A stretch of DNA of 64,000 bases, from assembly GCF_009914755.1 (NCBI RefSeq), contig NC_060927.1; one strand, 5' to 3'. The notes under the pieces are model-generated. The model was given only the letters and a program-made list of their open reading frames with translations. It was not told where the DNA came from and did no database searches. Position 1 is the stretch's first letter. Each line of letters begins with the position of its first letter. Both the position numbers and the translations under genes were made by a program. Shown piece by piece: positions 13,068 to 26,012 of the stretch. The stretch comes from the human T2T-CHM13v2.0 reference genome, Homo sapiens.

Positions 13068-13589
13068 ACAGCTGTGTTCCCCACTAGGTCATAAGCTCAC
13101 CTGGGGTGTTTAGATATTCCCAAACCAGGTATATAGTTGATCCACAGTAAATTGTTCTCAGTCAAGCCATGTTCAATGGAAATATGTATGATTTTGCTAG
13201 CTCTGCAAAGGCACTGATTGGACCTGATACCCTCCAACTCTGATTAATGCCTCCCCAGCCTTCTGCTTTTCTCTCACCAAGACATAGCATCTTCCAGCGG
13301 GTTCCTTATACCCATCTGCCATTTGTCATTGCCATACACCGCAGAGCCTGGGGATTTGTAATGACTAAGCTCAGGTTTGGGAGATAATGTGTCCAACTTG
13401 ACCAGCTCCCGTGGAGTCTTGGTGAGGTCAAGGAGAACCACATTTGGATTTTTGGGTCTTTGATGTAGTGCAAAGCCAACTTTTAGAATCAGAGAGTGTG
13501 GGAGGAGGGGTTGGGGTCTAGAGGTCATCTTGTTTACCACCTTCATTACTTGGGGTGCAGAGGAATGGATACCCAACGTAGTTAAGGTG

Positions 13590-13760
13590 GACAGAGCTGC
13601 TTGGTGGAATAGTGAGGTCCTTGTCACTGGAGAGGCTCTGGCGGAAGTGGAATGGAAGTCCATTTGGTTGTGACTGTTGTAGGAGGCTTTAAGTCTTGGG
13701 ACAAGGCAGACTTAAGGGAGCATTAGAACAGAAGACCTTAAAGGGCTCCCTGTAGATTCT
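13590..13760 (+). mobile_element. L3/CR1 3' end remnant
   Basis: gtgaggtccttgtcactggag; tgttgtaggagg; gaagaccttaaagggctccct..gattct. Confidence 0.45.
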
Positions 13761-15349
13761 TATCTTGTCTAATTCAAGGGTGAGCGCAGTATTTACAGAT
13801 TCTTCTTTGCTTTTGCTTTTCTTCTCCATGAATGACAGTCCCTTCCTTGTCACTTTTTTTCCATAGCTTCCTCTTCTTCAGTCCACTGTCTTCTCATTTT
13901 TGCCCTAAGCACTTTCCTTCACTCCTTTCTGCTCTATTTTTGTCTACATTTTTCTTTCTTTCTTTCCTTTCCTATATTTGACTTGTTAGTGAGCCCTTCA
14001 GTAGAGCCAGCTCAGGGCTGTTCTATTTGATTCCTTGTGACTGAAAGAAGAGATCTTGAGAAGAGAACAGTAAAGTGGCTGGTGGAAATGAGGTCAGTGG
14101 GAGCCTCTGTACAGAATCTGGGACACTAGGTTCTCCAGAAATGCTTATGGAATGAATGAGTTTGTAACTTCCATTCGCTTGGGCTAACATGATTTCACAT
14201 TTGCATAAGGGTGAGTAGGTTGTGTTTGGTAATTCCTGCAAAAATATCATTGGAATTTTCTACCTGCTTGGAGTGCTTATCTTTTAAAATGTGAAGATAA
14301 GTGAACAGCCGCGCAGTGATGTTGAATAAGTTAGGGTGATTTTAGGGTGGGAGTTGTTTGCAGTTTTAAATGGAGAGCCCAGATTTGGAATTCACCTCCC
14401 ATGATGCTGTGGGTACTGAGGAGCCACCTTAGGAGGCCTGGATTAATTCTGTTTATAGTCCAAATGAGATTCCCAGAGTGTTTGCTGAGGTCAGCCGACT
14501 TCTCAGCATTCCTGCCACTGTTACTGTGGTTGGCCTAGGAGCATGGGACCAGGCCACTCCTTTAGGGCAGGCTTGTTGACTCTCTGAAGTTTGTTTATGC
14601 AAATGAATTAACAACTGATGCAAATGGGAGAGATGGAAGGCCCCTTTAGGTGGTCCAGGCCAGCATTCCACAGAGTCCAAAGGCTCAGCCAAGCCAATTT
14701 GCAGGGTCTCATCTATTTCAATATTTAGTGCCAGGAAAGCTGACCTGTAGGTGCCGCATCCCAGGGGTTCTGTTCTGAACTCTCACTGTCCTGCGTGGAA
14801 GATCTTCTGTGCACTGGCCTGAAATTCCCTTGCTGCGCCATTTTATCTTTCTTGGTTTTAGTATGTATTGTATGGTGCTCAAAACGGTGAGATTGAAATA
14901 GATGTTTGAGGACACTGAGAATATGAAACATGCCATCACAACTGGCAGGGAAATGTTGCTTATCCTGAGTCTGCTTGTGAGCTGTGAGTTAGTTGTGACA
15001 CGAGAGACCCCAAGGGTCATTGGTTTTAAAAGCACAAAACTGAAAAACTACAGAACAAAACAAACAAGCAGCTTTTCAGATTTCTTCGAAAGTATCAAGG
15101 CTGAAATAGATCAGTGTCTGGTCTTGAACCTGCAAAAAAAGTAACGGCCTGTGTGATTAGGGTCCATGCCTACCACAGGGCTGTGGCCTGTGCCCACAGA
15201 CCCACTCAGCTCATGTAAAGGGATTTTTTTTGGATATAGTCCTTTTCTTCTGGGCTCCGGAGATTGAAAATAAAGCTTCATGGTCCATGGAAAGGGATTG
15301 GGAACCAAGTTACATTTTGCTCAGTGGACCATGGCCTCTCATTTTGATT

Positions 15350-16094
<745 letters not shown>

Positions 16095-16383
16095 GTGAGG
16101 GGGTAAGGATGGCCTGGGAGTAGGCCATTCCAGCAACAGGTACCCAGGCGGTTCTGCCAAGAGACCCAGAGAAGACCAGGATAATTTGCCCCTGGGCTCT
16201 GTTGACCTTCAGAGAGAGGCTTCCACATCAGACCCAATAGGAGCAGAAGTTTGTTGATTCCCAGTACAAAATAAATTACTGAGTAAACGTCAAAATATAA
16301 TTAACAGTTAGTGTATATGATAAACATATTCTTGATTCAGATTAAGTCTTAATGGCCAGATTTAGGGCCACTCGGAAGCACAG

Positions 16384-16437
16384 TTTGGAATGCCAAAATA
16401 TTGCTGCTGTTTTGGAATGCCAAAATATTGCTGCTGT
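16384..16437. repeat. Perfect 27-bp tandem duplication
   Basis: tttggaatgccaaaatattgctgctgt at 16384-16410 and 16411-16437, identical. Confidence 0.97.
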
Positions 16438-16484
16438 GCACCTCCTCTGTGTTGATCATTTTGTCCTAGGAGGGCCAAGAAATC

Positions 16485-16542
16485 TCCCTTCCTCCCTGAC
16501 TACCTCCCTCCCTCCCTCCTTTCTTCCTTCCTTCCTCCTTTC
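16485..16542. repeat. (CCCT/CCTT)n pyrimidine low-complexity tract
   Basis: Read directly. Confidence 0.85.
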
Positions 16543-17019
16543 AGTTCAGCAATATCAGCCAAGGGCAGATCAGTGAGTAAACCCTTCTTCTGTTGGAATC
16601 AATTTAGCTCAGTAAAAGCTTTTTATATAAAGTCTGGCAAGTGTACATTTTAAAGCTTCTATTCTGTTTAAGAAACCAAATTTTCATCAAACTTGAACTC
16701 AGCTGGAAAGATGAGTAGATTTTATTATTTTGCCATGCCAATAGATTCCAGTCATTCTCTAGGCTTTGTCAGATGTTTTAAACTAAAAAAAAAATGACAG
16801 GTGGAGTAATTTTTATGAACCTTATGCTGAATTATCAGAGACCTTATGTATTGATAGAGAGAGCCTAGACAGGGGGCCTGACCGTCCGACTCAGGGAGGA
16901 GAAAGCGTGTGGACCAAATGTTCCTGAAGGACCTTACACATCTGGAACTTTGAGGATTCCCTATTTTAGGTACTTTGATGGAAGTTTCATGAGCCTTCTG
17001 TTTACATTTTAAAGATGAT

Positions 17020-17022
<3 letters not shown>

Positions 17023-17055
<33 letters not shown>
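17023..17055. repeat. Pure T33 mononucleotide run
   Basis: Uninterrupted Ts followed by AG; no adjacent Alu or L1 body recognised. Confidence 0.95.
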
Positions 17056-17057
<2 letters not shown>

Positions 17058-18518
17058 GAATAGCTAGATGATCCGGGAAGTTGCTTACTGAGGCTTTGTC
17101 ATGAGGCATCAGTTACTTTGCTGTGCCAAAGTGATCTTGATGGGTTACTGTGAGAGGAGCCCAAGGAAGAGCTTTGATGATTCTTAAACCAAATTCTCGA
17201 GTGCTATCGGGTACATTCTGACAGGCCCTGCAGTCTTCGTGGTTGTAGTTTTCTTGGGTGGCAGGGCTGACCCCTGGCAGTGGCACGATTCACTCTGGAA
17301 TGCATTCAGAGCCATTGGAGATCATGCTGCCCTAAGTAAATCACTGTCACTGAGGAAGGGCATGTTGTTTATAAACACCCAGATTCCAGATATGAAATAT
17401 TTTATCTCCAACTCTATTGGAAAAAATTATAATCTAAAATGATTATTAATTAAAACAACTCAGATGTCTCTTGACACTGAGAAGCACAGATGATTAGGTA
17501 AGGTGGGACTCACAAAAAGCTTAAAGGTTTAAACTGTTCAAGCTACCAGCCAGAGGGTGAGGAGCAGAGTTCTGACTCTTCAGTTTGGAATGTTTTGCTA
17601 GCCCAAGGTCTGCTTCTCCAGGACCATGGTCTGTGGCTCTAATGGCATGCCACTTCCATGGGATATCTTCCCACTGAACTTTGGATTATTCGAGGCTGAA
17701 CTTCTTGGTCCCTGTCTCTCCCCATGTCTGTCTGCCTGCTCCTGCTGACCATTTTCCTCTATCTTCTGTCCTTCCTGTCTGTCTGCATCTCCAACATTCA
17801 TGCCTGTCTCTGGATGTCCTTCTTTCCTCAACTGGAGCCTACAAAGATCTCACTGTCTCCTTCCTTTTCTCCCGACTCTGGCCATCTCCTCTAAATGGCC
17901 AAAGAGAAAGCTCTCTCTTATTTCCACGGATGGCCTAACCATGGATCTGTCGAGCATTTTCCTTGCGAGCACTCCTTTGCACAGAAGAGCGGTCCTTTGC
18001 GGTGTTTGCCCTGCAGGTCTGCCCTGCCAGTGCCTCCTTCAGGCATTCACCACTCCACTCTCCCCTTCCACACCCAACAATGCTGTTTACTCTCCGTGGG
18101 CTGCCAGTGTAAATCCACATTGAAAGGTGTTCATTTGATTTGGCAGAAAACGTGTTATTCATATTAGGCCTGTGCACTTGTTTTCGGTCGAGCCTTTGAC
18201 ATGTAGTCTTTGGCAAGCCCTGGTTGCTACACACAGCACTGCTGCAAGCTGCTTGGATGTGACAGTATTGTGGGTTTCCCCCCTCTCTGGAAATGTAAAC
18301 TCTCCCTAAATCTAAAGACTCCCTCTCCCTTTGTTGTACATTTTAAAATGTGGTCTCGCTTCCTGAATGGCCCACTACATATAGGTGGGGATGACGTAAA
18401 CCCAGCTGGGCAAGTGCGGGCCTAGAACCCAATGCTAAGTACATGGAGAAGGTGACTACTAATTCTATATAACATATTTTGCAGAGTAAACCTTAGTTCT
18501 AGAATAAAAGTATGTGAA

Positions 18519-18597
18519 TTAGATTGAAACATGAAACTGTTGATATTTCATCATTTTTGACTTAACAAAACTGCCCATTTCATATGATTCAACCTAC
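18519..18597. mobile_element. MADE2 mariner-type MITE (~80 bp)
   Basis: Inverted termini ttagattgaaacatgaaa ... atttcatatgattcaaccta, with core catttttgac. Confidence 0.75.
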
Positions 18598-18654
18598 TAG
18601 TATTGAATGACTAGAAGGCAGGGTGGACATTGTTTACAATAACTCTTTGCTTTC

Positions 18655-18790
18655 TATTTCATTGATTCATTTCTTCAAGGTACATCTATTGATCATATTT
18701 TCTATGCTGAACATTTTAGTAGGTATTGGGATTACAAAGAGAAATCAAGTTTCTTTCCTTCCCTCTAGCCAGGAAGACCAACACTTAACC
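18655..18790 (-). mobile_element. L2 3' end
   Basis: ttcattgattcatt..catctattga..ctatg..taggtattgggattacaaag. Confidence 0.6.
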
Positions 18791-18850
18791 AAATCCAAAA
18801 CATGTCAGGTGCTTCAAGAAGGGCCTCTCTGAGAGAGCTGAGGGCAGGAT

Positions 18851-18942
18851 GGGGTGACCAGCTATCCTGGTTTGCCCAGAACTGTCCCAGTTTTAGCACT
18901 GAAAGTCCTGGGCACTAAAGGAACTGGGACCAGTTCATACTA
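18851..18942. mobile_element. MER81 hAT-Blackjack MITE
   Basis: gggtgaccagctatcctggtttgccc..actgtcccagttttagcactgaaagtcc. Confidence 0.8.
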
Positions 18943-18949
18943 AGGGATG

Positions 18950-19165
18950 GGGGCATTTATGGCTCTTTGCAAAAATAACAGCTCTGTGACCTGAAATGAA
19001 GCCCATTCCTCCACCTTGGGAGAGGCAAGGAGTACATCAGCAATATGAAAGCTCCATGAAGTCTCAGAGTGGAGAAAACTGTTTAATTTGTTTAACCAGA
19101 ATTTCTCTGAATTATTTGATCTTGGAACCCTTTTTGTGCTTAACATTCTGCAAACATCTTTGGGT
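18950..19165 (-). mobile_element. MER103C-like hAT fossil
   Basis: ctgtttaatttgtttaaccag..ttatttgatcttggaaccctttt. Confidence 0.6.
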
Positions 19166-19764
19166 CCTCCCCTCTTTGTCCCTTGGGGAAAAATTATATC
19201 ATTCTCTATCCTAAAGTGCACATTATTACCTTGTATTATTAGCCTTCTCCATGATTTGGGCAACAATTAGTATTAAAATAGCCCATCACAAGAAAATTTA
19301 ATAATAATGCAATTTTAAAAGGTTTTTCAGAAGGTTGCTAATGTGCTGTGATGGGTTATGAGTTACCACAAGGCTGCTTTTTTTCTGGCCGACACACACA
19401 GAACCAGGCTGCTTGCTCACTCTTTCTGCAAGTGAATTTTTTGCACCAAAGGCAGAAGCAAGTTGTTATGGAAACGGAAACAGTCTCCCCATCTGAGAAC
19501 AGCACCTTGCTAATAATTAGAGAACATGGCTGAGCAAACTTTAGTGGAAATGATTAATCTTTGCAAAGCACAGGTACGTCTAAAAGATTGAACAGGTGTT
19601 GTTTGGCCTTTGCACTTTCCAGCCCCAGAAAATTTTAATTTAGAAAGAGCTGAGGAAGCTCAGGCTTTGAGTCTTTACTGACTTTACAAAAGAAAGTCAT
19701 CCTTTAATATAATAGTAATTGGCTAATTTAAAATTTTAAAGATCTCTCCTAAGCTTATAGAGTG

Positions 19765-19885
19765 TCAGCGTGGTTTGTAAATCCCTGTGAGCTTGTTAAA
19801 ATGCAGATTCCTGGGCCTCTGGACCCACTGGGGGATGGTTTTGGAATTTGATTGCTTAACAAACTGTCCAGATGTGTTTGATGCT
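19765..19885. mobile_element. MER5A fragment
   Basis: gagcttgttaaaatgcagattcctgggcc..ttaacaa..ccag..tgatgc. Confidence 0.7.
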
Positions 19886-19915
19886 AGCTAATTGGAGCTG
19901 GTCCTTGCTCTAGGT

Positions 19916-20124
19916 TAGGTATCGGTAAACATTTTCTGTAAAGAGATGGATAATAAATAGTTTAGGCTTTGCAACTCTATATATTTGTAGCACGACAGCA
20001 GCCAGAGACAGTACATAAAGGCAGGGACATGCCTGTATTCCAGTACAATTTCATGTACAAAAACAGGCAATTGTAGGAAACTATGGCCCCATGGAGGAAT
20101 TTGGCCATAGTTTGCTGATCCCTG
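19916..20124 (-). mobile_element. MER58A
   Basis: aaacattttctgtaaag..taaatagtttaggctttgc; gcagcca.agaca; catagtttgctgatccctg. Confidence 0.8.
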
Positions 20125-20429
20125 CTGTAGGATGTGCTAAGTGCTGCCCAATTGTTGGGACTTCCATTTTCAAAAGTATTTGTGTTAAAAGCCAGCCACC
20201 CATACAGACTCCCCCTTCAGTCCTACCCACAGACAGGCAAAAAGAAGATGCCTTTGCTAGGTGAGGGGAGACGGTTTTGAACGATTTGATGGCAAACCAT
20301 TCTGATAAGCACAGTTGCTGAGATGGTTTTTAAGTGGGTTGGGATCTTCTTGCCACCTTTCTTAATTGTGGATGAGGTGATTTCCTGGTTTGGGGGTTAT
20401 TACAAAAGTAGAATGATGAGCTTGAACTA

Positions 20430-20719
20430 TTTTTTTTTTGAGACAGAATCTCGCTCTGTCGCCCAGGCTGGAGTGCAGTGGCGCGATCAGCTCACTGAAA
20501 GCTCCGCCTCCCGGGTTCGCGCCATTCTCCTGCCTCCGTCTCCTGAGTAGCTGGGACTACAGGCGCCCGCCACCACGCCTGGCTAATTTTTAGTATTTTT
20601 TGGTAGAGATGGGGTTTCACCGTGTTAGCCAGGATGGTTTCGATCTCCTGACCTTGTGATCCACCCGCCTTGGCCTCCCAAAGTGCTGGGATTACAGGCG
20701 TGAGCCACTGTGCCTGGCC
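20430..20719 (-). mobile_element. AluY, full length
   Basis: Y diagnostics aagctccgcc, gccattctcc, gtgttagccaggatggt and gatctcctgacct; degenerate TSD tgagcttgaacta / tgaagttggacta. Confidence 0.96.
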
Positions 20720-21153
20720 TGAAGTTGGACTATTTTGAAGAAAAATGTCAGGTTTTTCTGGAAGGAGGAGATGGACATTTGGTAGTGGCAGTGTTGGTGG
20801 AGGCATCGATTTTTGAGGTATTGTTACCCTTGGTTTCTGCCTCATTTGCTGCTATAGGCCTTTTGGTTGAGCTTCAGCTGTGTCTGGGGCAGGGGGTTTT
20901 GAAGTGAGGCACGGCCAGCTCCATCTGCACAGTTGGATTTGTACCTATCCCCTGACTTCCCAAGACATTGAAACTCTTCTTTGAGAGTTCAGACAATTCA
21001 GTGACTTAAGTTTTTCTTGCCATTTCAAGTGCCACCATAGCACAGACTGTGTCACACACATTGTAGCTGGTTTTTCATTGCTTTTAAAATGCTTTTGAAG
21101 TGAAAGGGGGCCCCATTGTGTAAGTGTTCATAGTTAGCATTAGCAAATGGACT

Positions 21154-22053
<900 letters not shown>

Positions 22054-22780
22054 CACTTTTTCACATTTTATTGTGTTACACTGGCTGTGGAGTTGATTTG
22101 TCCTATGTGCATACATCCAACCAGATTATTGGCTTTTCTTCTTTCCTCGCTCCAGGATTCTGTTTTTCCAAATGGTTTGCTTAGTTTCAAATTTCCCTTT
22201 TATGTGTTTAAGGAAGAAACAGTTCTCCTGGACCACAGCCATGAATGCCTTGACTCATTCTGCCTTCGATGTATTTCTTTTCACGTCCTTGAAGCTTTTC
22301 TTTTTGTGTGGCAGCAATTCCTTGCTGTTATCTTATTTTCTGATTTCTTTTGAAGGGATAATGATGGTGGCCAATTTGTGCATTTTATAATGTTTTAATT
22401 CACGTGTGCTCCTACTAAAGCTGATACTGGAAACAAGTGGTATGCACACCTGAGTTGTTCTGATTCAGCCTTAAAATCTGTTTCCCACGTGAGTCTGTAT
22501 ATTGTGGTGTCATTAGCTTGTGTAGCTTTTTGTTGTCATTGTCATCTCACTCATAGCAATACAAAAACATTTTCTTTTGACATATTTATATCCAGTTTCA
22601 AAACTACCCTATACTTATTCATTACCAGGTGATTTAAAGCCTTCCTTTGTTGATTTTTTTTTTGTTAACCTTGGCTTTTAGCAGTCCATGGACTTTGCCT
22701 AACCTGCCCCCAGGAAGTGTTGCTTTCTCCTTTGGTTGGGGTTGGGGGAGTGCTCTGGAGGTGTTGGTGGTGATTATTTC

Positions 22781-22998
22781 AGGCAGCCCAGTGTGGCATT
22801 AGGGAGCTGGAGTCAAAAGTTACAAGGGCCTTGGTTTCCAGTATAGCCCCATCCTGGCTGGGTGACCCAGGGCCTGAGGCTCCTTCTTTGCAACTTGGGG
22901 ATGATAGTAGGTTACTGGGAGGCAGCTGTATCAAATGTGTGTGAAATGTTGAGCTTATGCCTTCCAAAGAGTGAGTCCCCCATAAATGGTAGCTGTTA
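22781..22998 (+). mobile_element. MIR
   Basis: aggcagc..agtgtgg..ctggagtca..gctgggtgacc..ggggatgatagta..ataaatggtagctgtta. Confidence 0.55.
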
Positions 22999-25439
22999 AC
23001 ATGATGCCAAGGAAAAGGTTGGTAAATCCATTGTATCTGCTCCACAGCATGAGTCCCTTCCTACAAATTCCACTTCTCCCAGTTCCTTAAGCATAAATAC
23101 CATCTATCTAACTATGCCAGTTCTCATGAGCCCAGGCTATTTTTGACCTAAAGTGCTGTGCCTTGTTACAATTTCAGCCTTTAAATTCCGGGTTTTTTAT
23201 CTGTGGCTTGTTATTTTGGGTCTTGGACCAACATTATTTTACAAGAAGAATTTGGCAGGACGTCTTCAGTTTCCTCAGTTTCACTCCTAGTAACAGAAAT
23301 GGTAGGTAGAACAGTCACATTTCAGGACTAGGTTGCTGCCCATCCAGGAGCGGTTTTATCAATCTCTGAAAAAGCTAACTCCTCGGGCTTTTTTAATGGA
23401 GTAGTTCACTTTGGAAGACTATTGGCTTTGGTGAATTATCCTGCCCCCACACTTGCATCCTGCAGTTACAAAGCTTCCTTACGAGTTTCATTTTTAGGAA
23501 ACGTCTTTACTTCTTTAGTGAAAACCATCATATATGGTGATGATGCTATTTCAAAAGTTGATCAAGGGCCTGAGACAAATGCTGTGTGATGGGTGCGGAG
23601 TGCTCTACTTCACGCTCTTCTGATTGCTGCTGAGGCAACGTTTTCTTAATTTCACTGGTTTCTGTGTGGTTGGATTCCTGCTTCTTTGTCCCCTATATTT
23701 ATCTTTAACCTCAAGTGAATGTTGCTGCCTTTGTAGTTCATGAGCAATGTATACTCTTGAATTCCAGCTCTGTGAAATCGGTAGAAAATGAGGTAAGGAT
23801 AATTTTTTAAGAAGGATTACCTTATTCAAAAATATTACCTTATTTCCACGGATCTGTCATCTGTTTCCATGGAAATAGAATTAGGAGATGGTTTCTGACG
23901 ATCATTTTCAAGGCTGGCTCCTGATCCTCACTCCAGTTTCCATAGAGATGGAAGCAAAACTAGCAGAAGACAAGGTAAAAAGGAGTCTGTAAAGTAGTAA
24001 GCTGGAGAGCTTCCTTGCAGAGAGGAGCTGTCCAGACCCTTCTCTGGAGGTTACTATGTGGTCAGTTTGGTCATGAACCCTCAGTGATGCTAAGACTCAG
24101 GGTTAGTACTCAGAAAATAGCCTTTGCCCTAAGATGAGAAGCTCTGCTGTTCTCAACCCTTATTTTTGTCTTTTAGAGTTGGCTTTAGATACGGCTTCAG
24201 CCCTCTGGGGTACCTACCTTGGCCTCCTTTCTGGAGTTGTCTCCAAGGCAGTTGAGATAATCAGGTATTGATTGCCTAGCGATTTTGGTAACTCTGGTCT
24301 CCCAAGGTGGACAGGAAGAGAGAAGCCAGCATTTGCCTACCCAGAGAGTCAGCCTCCTGAGTCTCCACACTGGCAGATGCCTTTGGATTTTCTGTGTGCT
24401 TTAGTAAGCAGACACACGAAGAAAAAGGCGAAGTTGAGTGGCATCGTCACCAACTGAGCTGTGCTTTGCTGTTTCTGAGGGCTGTCTTGGTTGTTTGCCT
24501 GGAAATTATGAAATTGGCTTTATGCTTTTACTTAAATCCAACCAGTCTGCATCTTTAACAGAACAGTTGGTCAGATGCCGACTAATTGATACCATCAACA
24601 GAAATAATCTGTCAAAATAAAAACTGATGTCCTTTGAAGAAAGCAGTTTTAAAATAAATAAGGATGAAATGGGATGGATGAATGGGATTTTCCTCCTTTG
24701 GATCCAGGGCTTTTGGTTCTGGGCTACAGAGGGGCAGAGTCTGGGACACAAACAGATGAGGCTGCCTAGTGAGGAGTTGGTTTCCAGATCTGTGAAAAGC
24801 CTCTGTTTGGAAGGCACTATAGGTGACAGCCTTGAAGCTTCATTTGCATAGCAAACTTTTTTTTTTAAATTTAGCATCTATATTGATGTGAGTTGGTGGC
24901 TGACAGTACCCAGCACTGCCTCTGCCCACACCGTCAACCTTTTTGGGAGGAGAGGGGTTAGTAGTGGCTTGAAGCCCTACCTTGAGAGGCTGTACATAGC
25001 TCATCCTGAGAAGGTCCTGTGACCCTCATCAGAGGCCCAGCACCTTTTTGATTTTGAAAGAGGAAAAAGGGAAAGAGAAATAGCCATGGAAGAATCTTCT
25101 TTGCTGAAGATTAAACTGTTTGACTCAAAGTAGGAATGTGACCGCTTGCATCGTCTGTCAGTACCTCAGAAGTTGCCTGTGGATTACTGACATGCAGAAG
25201 GATCTGGAAGGCTGGGCCTTTGGGCAGTCTTGCTCTCTTCTGGCTCTCCCAGAAGAAGCTCCTTCTGCAGGAATTCTGTTGCTACTCTTGGGGAACCTTT
25301 CTCCCATGATCCAGCTAGATTCTTGGGTCTGTCGGTGATTGGCTGAGATGTTATGTTCTAAGGCAGCTGTCTACGCCCTCATGCCTCCTGCCCAGTGGTG
25401 GAGGAAACGCGTAATTGGGGGAATTTTGCTGGGATTCCC

Positions 25440-25819
25440 TGCGATGGACTGAATGCTTATGTTCCCTCAAAATTCATATGTTGAAGCTTAATTCATATTT
25501 ATATGTTAAAACCGAATTTGTATTCATATGTTGAAGCCTAATCCTCAATGTGGTGGTAGTTGGAGATGAGGCCTTTGGGAGCTAATTAGGTCAGAAAGGT
25601 GGAGCCTTCATGGTGGGATTAGTGCCCTTATAAGAAGAGAGATCTGTGAGGACACAATGAGAAGGTGGCTATCTACAAACCCGGAAGCGAGCCCTCACCA
25701 GGAACAGAATTGGCCAGCGACTTGATCTTGGGCTTTGAGCCTCCAGAACTGAGACGTGTATGTCTGTTTTTAAGCCACCTAATCTATGGTATTTTGTTAT
25801 GGCAGCAGAAACTAAGACA
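25440..25819 (+). mobile_element. MLT1A0 solo LTR with internal 25-bp triplication
   Basis: tgcgatggactgaatg..aaattcatatgttgaagc ... tatggtattttgttatggcagc..actaagaca. Confidence 0.9.
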
Positions 25820-25904
25820 TCTTCCAAAATTCTTCAGCAGGGTCTGTGGGTTGTGGCCGGGGCTATCAGTATGCCTTGGAATTTCTTAGCCTTAATTTCT
25901 GAGA

Positions 25905-26012
25905 AGGTTTCTTTTTTTCTTCCTTTTTTTTTTATTTTTGCATTTTATGTCTTAGCTGATGTTCTTTTTTTTTGGTTTTCTTTTGTCTTTTGCCTTTTTT
26001 TTTTTTTTGTTA
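25905..26012. repeat. T-rich low-complexity tract
   Basis: Multiple T runs read directly. Confidence 0.8.
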
